A stretch of 64,000 nt of DNA from Azolla caroliniana (taxonomy: Eukaryota; Plantae; Polypodiophyta), in contig JBHGNT010000005.1 in assembly GCA_043228905.1 (NCBI GenBank), forward strand, positions 4,154,001 to 4,218,000, given 5' to 3'. The notes beneath the pieces are model-generated. The model saw nothing but the letters and a program-made list of their open reading frames with translations. It had not been told where the DNA came from and did not search any database. Position 1 is the first letter of the stretch, and the number at the start of each line of letters is the position of its first letter. Of this stretch, positions 22,720 to 38,336 are shown in pieces. Made by a program: the position numbers and the translations under genes.

Positions 22720-23200
22720 ACATGCTAATTGTGTGGTCACTTGAGGTGCGGTTAGGTGGGGAATTCTAGAGGGACAACTCTTGTAATATGAAAAGGAGGA
22801 TATAGTGGAAGCTTTTCACATAGTTCCTCCGCATATACAAATGGTTCAACCTTTTATAAGTGGCAGTTTGCAATTTAGGGATGATATTATATGGAAGACA
22901 ATTTCATCTATTCTGATGTGGATCATTTGGAAGGTGTGATGGACATCAATATTTGATAATGTCACTCAGGATGCTTCAGTTATAATTGTTGAATTCTCTT
23001 TGTTACTTGTTCATACATTACGCGGTCAGTATGAAAGTTTCACAGGCAATGTTGATGCCATTTTTAGGAAACAAATGCATTTTTAGGAAAGATGGAGATC
23101 ACATAATTTGGATGTATATTGTTCCCGTCATTTTGGGAAACAATGTCAACTAACTTTGTTTATGGACATTCTGTTGTTACATATTTTGGGTGTTATAGGT
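22720..23200 (+). mobile_element. Second, 5'-truncated LINE 3'-end fragment
   Basis: Translates to IWKTISSILMWIIWKV*W..IF...LLLVHTLRGQYESFTGN, homologous to ILKAQYDSFTGN at ~22080. Confidence 0.65.
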
Positions 23201-24371
23201 TACATTGAATGCTCAATTGCAGTTTGGGAGAAGTAGATGATAAAAATCTTGGAGATATGGTGTACAAATATGTGTACTTCTTACATATACACATCAAATT
23301 GACTATGAGGAATGGCGTTGGAAAGTTGTGGTTGATGCACAAGTTGCAAGATGGATTATGAAAGAGAGGCATCAGTTAGAGTTTGAAAAGCAGAAATCCA
23401 GAAACAAAAACAACAAATTGCTTGAAGTTTAGCTAAAAACATTTCTACTTTTTGGCATTCAAGTGAAGCACTTCTTACAGATGTTGTTACAATGATAATG
23501 TTTTTATGTTAGTTTTATCAAGCAGTAATTCGGAAAAAACAGCCATTGATAAGGTTATGCACAAGAAGGCCGAGTTTATGAACCTTTAAAAGCTTCAAAA
23601 AGATGCAAAACAAGGGCATCTCTCCTTATTGCTAGCTATGCTCAACAAATCGGCTATGATGAGGGTACAAGGGAATCGGTTGGTATATTTGTTATCCAAC
23701 ACAACTTTTGTATTTCTTATGATTTAATAATACCAAGGCTTATCTTTTTAGGAAAAATAAATAAATAGAACCTCATATCCACTTTGTCATATCCCTCCCA
23801 ACAATTTAAAGAAGTTATTTTAGCTCTTTTATGTGAATCTTGTTCATTTTTCCTTCTAAGAAGTTCATATTTACTCTCGTACACATTAATCTTTTGTGTA
23901 TCACCCACTAACTAAAACTCACTTGACTTGTCCATGATATTTAGGTAGAGTAGACCCCACATTGGTAGTCATAACATAATCAACTTAAGGTCTATTAGGA
24001 GGGGTCCGAACCATCCAAAAATCATAATAGATGGCCATATCTCAAGTCCATAGAAGAGAATTCTCTATTAAAAGCATCCATAATTTAATAAGACCTATAG
24101 ACAACAACTAGTGCTAGAGAGAAAAGCCTCACCCATAAATTGTTATCTCTACTTTAATGTCGAGTTCTAGCTCCATCGCTAAATTGTTGTTTCCTCATCC
24201 TGACCTATTCTGTCCTATTTAGCCTCGTTCTCCTATCATTGCACAATCCATCTAGTCAAGAATTATTTTATTGATCTAATAATGCATTTTAACACAAAAG
24301 AAGTTTGAAACAAGGGAATTAAAACATTTGTGTTGAAACAATTTTACTCAAATCAAAACATGCAAAAATCT

Positions 24372-24555
24372 ACAAACAATGGAAACATGACTTCCATTGG
24401 AAGTTTTTGATGGTGATTGACACCTGCCCTACAATAATGTAGAAGGATATAACAAACCTAGAGATTGAAGCAAAACATGTCTTCCATTGGAAGTTCTTGA
24501 TGTTGATTGACACCTACTCTACAATAATATAGAAGAATATAATGAACTTAGACAT
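24372..24555. repeat. ~90-bp tandem duplication
   Basis: aaacatg.cttccattggaagtt.ttgatg.tgattgacacct..c.tacaataat.tagaag.atataa occurs twice. Confidence 0.8.
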
Positions 24556-27500
24556 GGGCTTCCATAATAGTGTTTCATAGTCAAGAAATTGTAATGGACC
24601 TAAATGCTTAGCCAAACTTAACATGTTTACTAAGTGAAATACAAACCCATTAGGTTGTGTAAGATTGTTTGGCCCGCCATTGCCCAAACAACAAGGACAT
24701 TATCTCCTTGTTGATATTCACATCGAGAATATTGTAGCACTATCAAATGCACAACCTTAATGGTACAATATGTCATTATTTCGTCAACAAGCGCTCCTTT
24801 GATTGTCTACTTATGTTGATTACAGTTTTATTTATGAACCTTATTATAATAATGCTAGATTGGTTTAACCACTAATAAGAAAAGACATTATCTCTATGTT
24901 TGATTTGTGATACAATAAAGCAAATTGATGGCAATTGCACATTTCTCATGTATTCAGTACATGCATCCAGTTTTTACAAACTCATAACTGTTGCTGTAAC
25001 CTCCATTCGTTTCTCGTAGATATATTCTAGGTTTCGATGCTTAACTCAATTGGGTCAGTCCCACGTCCAAAGAAACTATTATACATGCATATACAAAACA
25101 CATTATCATCAAATTATTCTCATAAAACAAACTATCCAACGTTGATGAATCTATTTTTTGAAGCTCTTTTAAGGCCAAAATTAGGGCAAGATTTTAGTCT
25201 TTGTAAGTAAAATACAAGGGGCAACTTTATATATGTTCAAGTTCAGGCTCTCTACTTTAAATAAATAGATCAGAACTTCAACTTTTCAAGCATTTTGAGC
25301 TGCCATTCCCGAGATGATGCCCGATTTTGTTCCAACCGCAGCTTATGCTATTTGCCAAATTCAGAGGTGATAAATATGTTAGCAATATGTATATCTATCC
25401 AACATAAATAGAAACATCAAAAAAATAAAAATACCTACCTCATGCTTTCGGCATGCTTTATATGCCTCAAAGTATTCTTTACAACGATTTCTATCATAGT
25501 TTGCATCATCCAAGCCTGATGATTTCATATTGCATAAGCCTCTCTGTGTGCTTGATTCTCTCGCTCGCTACCATGATGTTTTACAATAGTAGTGTCAAAA
25601 GTCATCAAACCAAGGAATTCAAGTTTGATCCTCATCATGGACTTAGGCATCGTTTCATAGATCATATGCTCGTATTGGGTCTCCCGGGAAATTAAAAAAT
25701 CTACTTATCTCTACTAAGTGATCTTTGTATTACAAAACAAAGAGATGACACAATGGGGTAATATTAAATAGACTATTAAGGTAGCTTCAAAAACAGATGA
25801 GACAATGGAAATCTGAGACTCTGAAGTGTTATAGAAGACCCCTTCATAATGTTTATGCACGTTCCACGTCATAAAAATAATGACAGATAGTATGTGTTCA
25901 CTGTTCTTTGTAGTTTTCCGCTCTGAGTCTTTGAGCTTTCTTATTGGCCTATCATGGCTACAGCCTTTATAATGATTGTCAGACTAATCATTTTGTCATG
26001 TATGTAGAATTTCTACTAATGAAGAATATTTTTTTTGGAAAAAATAATGACAGATTTAGAGACTCCACAATATGGTATTAAAATTCTACGGAAATATAAA
26101 CATCAGATTTTCTATAAACAGTTTTTATTCATACATGAATGCATTTTAAACTATCACACTGAACTTCTAAAGTTCACTGTCTGACAATTATATTTAGCCT
26201 ATTATGAGATCAGAGTGCAGTTTCATTGGAAATATTGTTTTCATGGACACCATTCTAGCGAAATGACTTCCATGAGGACATTCTTACAATGATTTCCCTC
26301 GTATCTTTCTCCCATACATATTCACTATTACAAGACACAGAAATAAATTATAGACATGTCCACAAAAGGATTTAAGATTGTACATATGTTTGCATATAAA
26401 ACACTAATTGGAAATATGATGTTGCGTTTGTTTTCTACTTGAGAAGTCCTACATTTTTGTAGTTCCAAAAAAAACCAACTATTAAAGTAGCAATAGTAAG
26501 CTTGAGCATGCAAGTTTGTTTTATTACATGTTTTTTATTTCATTCTCTCTCAGCTAGCATACAGACTGTCAGAGCCAGAATTCTGCTCAGAAGAGGTCAG
26601 GGTAACATACCCCTGATCCTATAAATACCTAAGACTAACATATACAAGTGGTTGCATGTGCTCGACTTTCTCATCAATATGCAGCCCTCTGAGACCTCGA
26701 GAGACAATGTGAACGAATACAGTAACAAGGGCCACGAACAAAAGTATGGTTGGTCACAGAAATCCAAACACAGAACTCCTCTCCTTAGGAGGAAACTTGG
26801 GACCATGCACTCAATAGGCATGTAACTAGATAGTTATGGAGAAACCTTTTGTCTTGATGCATGAATGATATGGGCCACATCATGAATGCCCCATGACATA
26901 ATCTGGGTAGAGATGACAGTGTTCCAATAATGACCGAGGCACTATTCCAATAAGCGACTTGCATCCAACAGATTAGAAAGATCCAGAAGTAAAGGTACTC
27001 AAGATTAGACTTTATGTCATCAAAACAGTTGTCAGAACAGAGAAATTCTCAATGCTGGTATGCTGAATGCAGGAATAGTTCCAATCATATGGCATATATA
27101 TAAATGCAGACGGATTGTCCATATTTGGACATGATCAAAGTGGAAACGGAAAATAATGATCTAGACTAATATAATTATATTAGAAATGCAAATTTACCCA
27201 ATCAGATTTATTATGGATCAATATGACCACTTTTACTTTTTTTATGTGGGTGGATCACTTCGTGGGAAGATACATTTACCCTTATTGCACAACGGATTTA
27301 TCACTAAACTCTTATATGTATTCAAATTGCTCTCATGGGTTCTGTAGTGAGATAAGGAGCTTGTGCTCTATAGGAATCAGTTATAGATTCAGATATATGG
27401 ATGCTAACAACGCTAGGGAGGAATAGATTGGTTAATTGTGTCAATAGGATGCAGAATTAGAGGAAGACTATGTTTACCACCGTAACGTTTTTTAGGAAAC

Positions 27501-27641
27501 ACAAAGTAGATACGATTGCCTCTTCGCGCAAGGCTTTTGGTCACTCTACAAAAGCAATTTTACACACACAAACTACCTCAAACAAAGAACCCTTACAATT
27601 GTCTACATATATTTCAAGGTCTACAAAAGTAGGGTGTCAAC

Positions 27642-28413
27642 TAGCAATTGCCAATGGTTTGGATTGAGCTGAACAATATTGCAAAAAACACGGCTTAATA
27701 GTTTAAACAGTTCAATTCAGGTTTAGAAATCTGCAAAAGATTGATGTGTTTCTCTTTAATAGTTTTTAATAACGCTTTGAGCCTCCATATCTTTCCTTTC
27801 ATGGGTAATCCATAAGAGAGGGATGACTTTCAGGAAGTGATTTTCCAGAGAAATCTTCAGATTTTCAACTTTCGAATGGTCTTTTCCGGAGCTCCATTTG
27901 GGAAGAGGAGAACCCCAGAATTAGGTTGGCCAGATTCCCAGATTTCCATCTTTTCCACGATTTTGTCAAACGCCTCTCTTTTCAAATAAAGGGAAATCCA
28001 CACTACTAAATAAGGGCTCTCAGGGGTTCAAGGATTTGGTTCGGTTCAGTTTGAGCCTTTATTGGTTTAACAGTTTGCAGTTTAAACGACTTCAAAACAC
28101 AGCTTAAATGGCTGCACGGCTTCAGGGTTTAGAGTTGGGACAATTTTGAGATATTTATTAAACATGGATTAAATAATATATATATTTATAAATAAACAAT
28201 TTTAAAAGAGGAGCTATAGCCTATGAACTCTATGTTGAAGAATTGTGCGAGAGTTAGCACAAAATATTGGTTTTCAACTGCAAAGCCATGACCTAACAGT
28301 TTGAAAACCTCTTGAACTGTTTGGTTTGGGCTTGGAAAATCCCCAAATTCTTGCATAGTTCAGTTTGGTTTAAGTTTCAAATTTTTTTTAAACCGAACCA
28401 TTGCCGATCACTA
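27642..28413. mobile_element. hAT-type non-autonomous element (MITE)
   Basis: Imperfect TIRs tagcaattgccaatggtt / aaccattgccgatcacta; 8-bp TSD gtgtcaac/gtttcaac; ggttt/aaccg subterminal motifs. Confidence 0.72.
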
Positions 28414-28859
28414 GTTTCAACCACAACAATCAAAGAGAAGTTACATAGATCAGGCAACAACAATTTTTCATACTCTAGATTATGCTCATCTCAACGACAA
28501 CCTTGTCACCACTGTTCTCTACAAAACAAACCCATTATCACAAGTTCCAAAAGCCTCTTTATATAGGATCCTCCATATACATGCATAGCCATCTAGACCA
28601 TGGTCTCATCACCTTTGTTATCTATAATTCAAGATCATTATCACCTAAGACCAAAGGTGCTTTTGCACTTTGGAAACCATCTTAGACAACCCTAAATTGG
28701 AGATCTTCCAAAGACTAAAAGTTTCAATCCATCTTCATCGACATCTCTTTCTCTCCCTCTCAAACGAGGTTACAGTGGATCAGATTTGGGGTTTTAATAG
28801 ATTGATCGGAGGTCAATTCTTTGTTATGATGACTTTCTTTCTTTCTCTATCTTGACATG

Positions 28860-29105
28860 GATATATCTTAAAACATATATGCATAGATATATCCACACAC
28901 ATGCATATAGATATATGGACATACATACATACATACATACATACATACATACATACATACAAAGAGATATATCCATCCATCCATACATACATGCATACAT
29001 ACATACAAAGAGATATATGCATACATACATACATACATACACATACATACAAAGAGATATATCCATGCACATCGAGACATATGCATATAACATATACATA
29101 TATGA
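28860..29105. repeat. (ATAC)n microsatellite-rich tract
   Basis: catacatacatac runs; overlapping ORFs are repeat translations. Confidence 0.9.
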
Positions 29106-29389
29106 TTATATCTATGCAAAAAGATCAAGATGAGAGGAAAGAGTAGTACACTTGAGGGAGGCAGCATAGTGTGAAGAGCACATGGAATCTGACATCTTTT
29201 GAAAGCCACGGGGTGCAAGACGCCCTGACGAAGAAGACTCTGCTCCTGCCGAGCTTTCGTCCTCCATAGGTCTCTTTGTACGAGACAAAAAAAAAGGGGA
29301 ACTCGTGCCCCCTCAAGCTCCTGCTTGGTGTGTGTAGATTTTGGTGTCTGTCTCTTTCCCTTGGAAAGGCTCTAGATTTTGTTTCCGCC

Positions 29390-29550
29390 TACAAACAAAC
29401 ATACATACATACATATACACATACATACACACGCATACATGCATGCATACATACATCCATACACAAATATGTACATGCATGCATACATACATACACGTGT
29501 ACATGCATACATACATACACGTATACATACATACATATGTACATACATCT
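29390..29550. repeat. (ATAC)n microsatellite-rich tract
   Basis: catacatac/catgcatac runs. Confidence 0.9.
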
Positions 29551-31154
29551 AGCTTACTTGGCCGAGTTAATGCCATCTCGTTCACGATGACGATACCACG
29601 CTTGTTCACTGGGAGTCTTGGTTTGCTTGGCCTTTCGACAAAAATCATAGCCTCCTCACAAACAAACTCCTCATTCTCCTATCAACCATTGCAAAGTAGG
29701 TTGATATCCCCCTTGTAGGCAAATGAGAGACTTTCATGCTCCATGTACAAGCCTTCTCATAATCCCAATGCATAGTAATCGCCATTTCTTTCTGGCTTTA
29801 CTAGTTTGTGAGTGTCTGCAATCTCGAAACTCTACTAGATGGTGGCCAATACGTCATTGAATACGTTTGTACCACCCAGATGGGAGAAGAAGAGTATTTC
29901 CCTTGAGTTATACCTACCATCGAATCCTCATATGGCAAGATCCTCATTGTACTAGCACGAGGTAAGATATCGAGCTATGTTTTTTGGGCGGTGGGGGGGA
30001 TAAAACCTTTTGGACTATATTTTTTACGGGACTCAATCTATGGTGACTCATCGAATGGAGATTGAAATTTTTGACAGACTTATATCATTTACAAAACATA
30101 AAAATGATCAAAGAGACACTTGATTTTTCAAAACGTTTTTGTGCACACCCATATTTGGTAAACCCTACCATACAAAATAGTTTATTGCTTTAGGAAATGC
30201 ACAACCTTACGATTACCCGAATGCTCTTTGTAATGACCTTGAAGCAAACCACATCTTAGTAAAGAAATATTAATGTACTCGAGGGATAATCAGAAATTTT
30301 ATTTGTTTCTCAACTATTCTATTGACAATGTTTGATGTGCCTTTCATAAAATCTCAATATGTACTTTCCATATCCTTGTGCTACTATTCAATAGAGTTAA
30401 GTCTACATTATTGTTTGTATGTCATTAAAAACTATAAAACGAGGATGGACTTAAGGTCTCTCAATACCTTCAAAGTGCAATACAGTTTCATGAAATTGAG
30501 AGGTGATCCGAGGTTTTGGAGCCCTAAAACCTCGTGTTATGCTCTAATATATTCCATTTCTCATTATTTAGAGTAATTCCACCATCTCAAAACCTAGTTG
30601 TGGTAGAAATATATATATATTAACAAGTACAAAAAAAAATATTGACAAGTACATAAGATGACAAATAATACCATAAATTGAATGCTCTTCTAATGAAAGC
30701 TTACTTACTAATAAACAAATATTCCAACAATGCTATCACTGATCACCTTCTTCATTATTTCAAAAGCCAAAAGACCAATAACAAAAAAATGAACTGAACC
30801 TTAGCAGTTAATTATAAACCTTGGTTTTGTTGCTTTTTTGAAGCACATGAACAAGATCCAACATATATTAGCATGTGAAAGAAAATTACCTCTGAGTAAA
30901 GGTAAAAGACAATAAAACTTGGTGTGCATTGGGAAAAAATCAAAATTCTAATGTATGTTATAGATATTCTCCATACTCCATATACACTGGAGGGCTGAGA
31001 GTTTGAGAGACTCAACCCATAGGACTTATACACTACAGGATTCATGCTGTGGCGAGTATATACTCGTGAAACACATAATATGCTCGATGCATATGGGTGT
31101 GTTCTAACATAAAAGACCTACAATATCATGAAAAATTTATATACAAACCTAAAA

Positions 31155-31198
<44 letters not shown>

Positions 31199-31449
31199 GC
31201 TCAACAAGCATAAACATTCTACCCTAACTATTTTCACAACAAATGCAAAAAGTTAACATTCCCACCCTCGATTTCCCTTGTATTTAAGAAATATAGGTTC
31301 CTTCTTCGAAGGGCAGGATTCTCTGAACAGTACCAACATTTTGCAATTTGATATACAATTTTGATTGATCTACACTCTCAGACAATCTAAAATAGTAACA
31401 AAAAGATCATAACATCAATGTCATGATACTCAATAACAAGTAAAGATCT

Positions 31450-34400
31450 TCAATCAAGTTGTTCGAACCCAAACGAAACAACCTCCTCATCAATGTTCAG
31501 GATTTCCTCTACCTCGACCTCCTCAGCTTCATACTCTTCCTCTTCATCACTCGCCTCCCCATCTCGTAGTTCAATGCGCAAAGGCCTTTCTTCGTCATGC
31601 AGTTGCTTCCATTGAGCTGTCCATGCTTTCCACTCATCTTGAATCTTCCTTCTATTCTCCATATCAGCTGCACTCAATGACAATAATGACTCTGCATCGT
31701 CGACTTCATATTTCTTGCTATACTTCTTTAGATTCTTTGCGATCTCCTCTTCTTTTTCAGGGGATAGGAGCGAGGGTGGCCTCGGGCGCCACAAAAACTG
31801 CACAATTTATGATCATTAATATGATGCACACTTCCCAAGGTTTCATCAATTCTTTTGAGGAACTCAGACAAACAGTAGGGAAAATTTTCCCACAATTGTC
31901 ACACCTTTGTTTTTTATCAAATTTAGCAAGTTTACTGTAAGCTCACTAAACTTCTCAAGTATCAATCATTCAAAGAGCATCTAACCAAAAATAAAAAACT
32001 CAGAACTTAACCCAGCTTTCTCTTTTTCTATCCTAGGGGTGACACGAGACTTAGGCAACAGTGTATTTTTCTTACATAATGTGACCGAATCTTAGTGGCA
32101 CATGGCTGTAATCTTGATGCATTTCAAGGATTCTTCATCGAATCTTAGTGGGACAAGCCTATCCTATCAAATTACTGTAAGAATAAGCACTCTGATATAT
32201 AAGCGAATTATTAGCTCAAAACACTATGTCTATCGCCCATCAGAACAAAGAAAAATATTATTTTACCATGTAAAACAATAAAAAATAACTCTACCTGGAA
32301 AAATCGATCCCTAGGAAGCCGATATATGAGCTTTCCACTAAAAGACCATATACTGAACCCATTCTCTATTTGATGAACGGATGTCACAGACGTTGCAACG
32401 TACCTGGAGTTGAAAATTAATGCTCATTTGTTGGATCCAGACACAAAGTGAAAACTTTTTAAAACATTTTCTTGCACCTTATTTAATAAACTTAGCATTC
32501 TTTATTTTCTCCAAAAAGGGTTTCGAAAGCATAATTTCCTCTTCAATCCATATTTTTCATTTTATATACTCCTAATTTATGGTAGTTGAGATTACATTTG
32601 AGACATTTAAAAATTTTATTTTCATAACACTAAAATATATATTAGTGGAGGAATATGGCTTTTAACTAAAGAATTGTGTTGTATGTGGGACTAGAATTTG
32701 AACATTTTGTATATTGTTTTCTTTCATGAAGTTAGAATAAATTACCAGAGCAAAAAAATTGGCTCTGCAGTGCTAAATTACCTTCCGGTTGGATCCCAAT
32801 CAACATCTGTAGCCATGAAGTGTTCGGTTGTGGCCATAGTTTCCAACTCATCCACATTATAGAATTCAAGCTGCCCATTGTATGCCTTCAATCCAGCCAA
32901 CACAATAAACCTCCCAATCGGGGACCAAAACAAAGCATTAGCTTGCTTACTCTTCAATGTGGTTAACTTTGTTACTCTTCCCACATGATTTGGGCTTTTC
33001 ATTGAATAGAACGTCACATCAGGTCTTGGACCGTCTCCATGGATAATAGCAAATCTATGGCCTTTTGGCTCCCATGCAAAGGCAACAATCTTGTCGTTTT
33101 TGTTTTCCAGTTCTAGCACCTCAATGGGAATGTCCCTCTCTTTAATACGAAACAACTCAAAGCCCGTATAGGTACTTTTCTTCGTCTTTGTATAACGATC
33201 TACTTTAACCGCCAGATACTCACCGTTGCTTTGCCAATACATCTTGCAATCACTGACACTGAATAAATTCTTCTGTCGCAGCTCCTCACGACTTGGGATC
33301 TGTACTAAACTCACCTGTCAACCAAAAGGTGCCAAAAAAGTTAGAAATATCTATACCATCTACATTATTAATAGCTTCATATTAAATTTTCGAAGATAAT
33401 ATCTCCCACCCAATTTCATGTTCTAATAAACTCAGGAATTATTCTCTCTAAAGTGCAAACAAAATCTTTAAAAGAAACTTGAGTCAGTACCAAAATTGCA
33501 AAGAAAAACAGATTTTTCTTTTGCAGGGATTTTAAGAACATCAATCAAATCCAAGTTCTCCCTTATTAAAGTAAACAGGCAGAACTTTCCAAATGCATTT
33601 ATTTCTTTCTTGTATACAGAGTTTTATTAGCTAAAAAAGGGAATTTTCAAGAGTATTAAGGGTTTTAAAAGCATTAATCAACTTCAGAAGGGTTGGAACT
33701 ACCAACAAAATGCATTAGAAAAACAGTAGGTTCTAGCATTGGGAGATATATACTATTTGTACATCGTGATATGCATACTACCCAAGCATTGTTAGGTACA
33801 ATTAATATAGATAACCAGTTTCCAAATACAATTTGAATGAAAAAGGTTAAGTGTTTATTACCCTGGCTGGTTGATTCCCACCATTACCCTCAGGTACAAA
33901 CAAGGACAGAATAGAGTCTGTTGGAGACCAGCTGAAGTCTGCAACATTGTCAATTTTCAAGGATTTTTTGTCTAGCAAACCCATGGTTTCAGTCTCATAG
34001 ACACTGATGGCATTTTTGCTAATCCGTGCAAAGTACTTGTCATCTCGCCCTCCAGCCCATCTGAATACCAAATTATCCTTAAGTATATACATATTTCAAC
34101 ACCTTGCATGCTTCACAGTTATGCATTTACACTTCAAAACATTGCACAGTTGAATAAGGTATCACATATAACTATTAAGTACCTATTAAGTAAATCATAT
34201 GTATTCATTCTTCAACATATTGTATATTTCTAAAACGTATAACACACAAGTATTAAGTACCTAAATACTGGCCATGAGACCCCTGCAACCCCACCAACTC
34301 CTCCAGTAGCATAATCATCAGCACCGCCCTTGAATTCTCTCAGAATTCTACCAGTTCTCACGTCAAATATATTCAATGTGACTTTCTGGCAAAGAAGATT

Positions 34401-37400
34401 AGGTTTCCTTGGTTTGTTATCAAAACGTTCAACTATAAAAAGGCCCTATTATTATTTACACAGTAGAGCCAATGAAACTAAGAGCTTTAATAATTAACCT
34501 GGGTATCCCGAGGATTACTCGGCTCGTGGCTGCTGTATGTCACAAGAAATTTTTCACCTGGTGAGAAATCAATAAGCTTGACCTAAACAGTGAAAAAAAA
34601 AGATCATCACATTCTCGTGAAATATGAAAAAACCAAAAAGAATGAGAAAAAAATGTGATCCAAACCATTTCACAACAAATTCTATAGAGTTAAAAGTGAT
34701 GATTGTTTTACAGAGACACCCACCTGAGGATGAATATACCGCATAAGACGAGTAAATGATGTGGCACCACCCCATACAGCAGCTCCCTGCCGATGTATGG
34801 TCGCAAGATAAGTACCAAGTGGAGACCACTGAACAAAGCTCTCCGTCCAAAACTGTGATATAAATAAGAAAAAGAAAAATTAATGATGACCATGAAATAT
34901 GCTATATTCATGTTTTTATAAAGCTAAAATTGCATATGATGGGTCAAACAAAAACTGCAATGCTTGATAAAGAGGGAAAATGAAAAGGAATTGTTCCTTC
35001 CGGTAAATAGAACAGGAAAACAGTATCAGTTCGGTTGTATCAACGTACACAAAGATGTTCCACAAACTATTTTTTAAATGACCCTGATCAAATGAATGCA
35101 TGCTAAAGTCGCATTAAATCATAGTTACTAATATTACAAAAACGGAAACAAGATTAATGATGTATTGCATTGCATTGAAAAAAAATCAATTAATAAAGAT
35201 ATGCAGATTCTATACATCAGCTACGCATAAAATTCCCCCAATTGCATCAATTAGCTATGAATTTCATACCGTTAATTGCTTATCAGATACAGTTCATATT
35301 TGCAACCACAGTAAATATGGACTGCATTGCTTTAGAGCACACATGAATCATTGACTATTAGAATTCAAAGATATGTGGTTTAACTATAAACTTGGTATGC
35401 GTAATTGATTGCTATGAAGTTTTTGCATGATTAATTAATTACTCTGAAGTGTTTATGTTATGGTTAATTGATGAGGAATATATGCAGGGCATTTATGATC
35501 TTTATTGAGCACAATTAGGACTAACTTTCTAGGAAATTATATTCTCATTCAACTATGGCTATTTAAAAACTAGTACGTATTCGCTTATAATGATTTCATA
35601 TAAAACATTTTCCCCATTAAAATATACACTTACGGAACGATGGTAAACAGGATCTGGCCTCTTCAATCTAGCGTCATTCCAATATACTTCTGTCTCTGAT
35701 CCAAACCTTATAACAAATTGATCTCTGCCTCTATCATCTGTCAACCAATGAATCATGTTTTCCTAGAGTGGCACCACAAACTCAATTAACATCAGTAAGT
35801 AGTAATAAACAAATTAAAAAAAAATTAAAAAACATACCGCAGGCACATATGGTTTGACTTCAGGTGGAACCCATTGATCAAACACCTTCATGTATTTCTC
35901 GAGATCGTCAAACATCTTTACCGAAAAAACATGGGCCTTGTCAAGTTTGTAATTATCAGCTTGCTCTCTTGCAGCTTGAGCCTCCTATATACACATACAC
36001 ATATACAATAAATAATAAAGGTGTATCAACAAATTTGACCATACGTTGGAAGTTTTCAAATATTTATGGCAGTGTAAAATCAAATGCACACATGACAAAG
36101 TAGCCCTAACTTCCAAGATATTTTAGCAGAATATCCATAAATTTTCAAACCATTACTAGTGTACCCCATATAGTAGTAAGCTTTGCACACATGACACAGT
36201 ACCCCTAACTTCCCAGATATTTTACCAGAATACCCCTCAATTTCCAAAACGTTACAAGTGTACCCATGTATAGTAGTAAGCTTTGCACTCCTGTTTGTTA
36301 TTTTGGTATTTGTTCAATATTTAGAGGTATTCTTCTACATACTAAACAAATAAGGTGTATGTTGGTGTTATTCCCCAAAACGTAATTCCAAGATTCCATT
36401 TGATATGAGGATCGACAATTTATTGACACATGAATATGTGATATTGAATCTCAAAAGAAAAGTAGTTATTGACAACATACCTCCTTTGTATTGTATTCAA
36501 TGAAAGCAAAACCTTTGGTCTTTTGAGTTTCCTCATCGACAGGCATCACAAGACCATGTTCCCTTATGGTGCCCATCTGACCAAAGATCTTACTAACCAC
36601 ATTCTCTAGCTTCCCATATTTCTCTGGGGCAACTATTGGTAAGTTGTCAACCACGATCACATTACCGAAACCAGAATCAAATTCATCGATCTCTTCTTCT
36701 TCCTCCTCTTCATCACTGTTCATTGTAGCACACAAAATTGGACGTGTTGACCTCACATGTTCCCACTTTAATGATATAAAATTATAATTTTGGACACTTC
36801 TTACATGCTTTAGGAAAGATTTTACATGATTTCAATCATTTACCTTTCATAGAGTTTCTACATTGCCATCAATAGCTTGGAAGACAATGATACCTGATTT
36901 ATCAGCCTTATCAAACATATGTGACGTGTTCGTAACTTATTACATGCAAACTTATCATGGAAAAGTGACGAGACTTTCTTTTATTTATGATAAAAAGGAA
37001 ATTCTTAAATAGATTCCACCAGAATAACTTTGCTCTGACGATTGCGAAAATAGACATGTAGCTAAATGCCTCGTGATTCTTTGATGATTGAAAATGGCTA
37101 GATCATAGGATAAAAATGCTACTGTTTAGTGTCATAGTCCAACATAGATCACAATGTGAATTCAGAAATGATCGGAAGACATAGTTCTGATCAGATAAAG
37201 CTGAACCTCAGAAAAAGGACAAAGCCCGATACATATCAAACTTGCAAAACTTCTGATAGAAGAGCACAGTTGTCCTATTGAAAGGCCATCGAGTTAAGTT
37301 AAACTTAACACAATATGACCAATCAAGACACAGCACAATAGAGATGATATTGTGAAATATCAGAATGCAGAAAAACCAGCACGCTGCACAAACAAAACAG

Positions 37401-37859
37401 TAATGAAATATCCCATCATAAAATTAAATTAAAAGATTAAATGGGAGCATAATTCCAATGTTTTAAAAGCTAAAATCCTTGAAAAATGAACGCTAACGAC
37501 AATCACCTAACAAAATTCTAATATTAGTACAAAGGAAATAATATTATTATTAATAGAGTGATTATTGATCAATTTTGAAGGAAAGAATGATGTCATAAGT
37601 TTATGGAAAAACTCTCCTTTTTTTTTAAGGACGACCTAATTAAAATAAAAGAAAATGTTTATTAAATAGAATACAATGCTGATAGGAAGAAAACTTACCT
37701 CCTGATTCCAAAATCCTCGCCGGGAGGAAGAACAATGTCATCGAGGTTAACTTTAGAGAAGTCGATGATGATCTGAACGCTTTCTTTCACGCTTTCTTCG
37801 TCGTGGCTCGTCTCCACCAGGCGATGAGGAGCCTTTGGCGGATCTGCAAGTTGAGCCAT
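31450..37859 (-). CDS. TIF3B1: Eukaryotic translation initiation factor 3 subunit B (eIF3b/PRT1), 11 coding exons, ~732 aa
   Basis: Exons 37859-37699, 36715-36481, 35984-35838, 35762-35634, 34852-34724, 34582-34499, 34385-34261, 34060-33862, 33314-32782, 32403-32295, 31797-31450; all GT-AG, phases consistent, total 2199 nt. RRM (NVIVVDNLP..KTKGFAFIEY), WSPLGTYLAT.HRQG, RQKNLFSVSDCKMYWQSNGEYLAVKVDRYTKTKK, QFLWRPRPPSLL. Confidence 0.96.
36085..36376. repeat. ~100-bp tandem duplication and MITE-like remnant in eIF3b intron 2
   Basis: gcacacatgaca.agta.ccctaacttcc.agatatttta.cagaata...gtgtaccc....tagtagtaagctttgcac twice; ends gttattcccc like a Mutator-type TIR. Confidence 0.55.
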
Positions 37860-38167
37860 CGCCAGAGAGAGAAGAGGACAAAGGAGACACAGGAGCAATT
37901 GGTTTTTAGATGTCGCTCTGAAATTGATGCGTTTTCAGTATGTATGAATGTATGCATATATATATATACATATAGGGCAGCAGCACAGCAAAAGACAGAA
38001 GTAAATCCTGAAGTATTGGAATATGCACATATATGTATACGTGCATATACATACATACCTATACTGTATACATATTAGAGAATAAAGAGTGAAATCCGTC
38101 GTTTTTGGAAATCCCCAAAATACCCCTCTCCCTTTGTGGTTCTTCTCGCATCTTTTTCTTAGTAGTA

Positions 38168-38336
38168 GTATGTATGTGTGTATGTATGTGTGTATGTATG
38201 TATGTATGTATGTATGTATGTGTGTATGTATGTATGTATGTATGTATGTATGCATGTATGCATGTATGTATGTATGTATGTATGTATGTATGAATGTATG
38301 TATGTATGTATGTATGTATGTATGTATGTATGTATA
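38168..38336. repeat. (TATG)n microsatellite upstream of eIF3b
   Basis: About 40 tatg units. Confidence 0.95.

Noticed and set aside
28813-29718. Cluster of ORFs rich in MYVC/HTYI (also 40-519 and 37935-38544)
   Set aside because: Translations of ATAC/TATG microsatellites.
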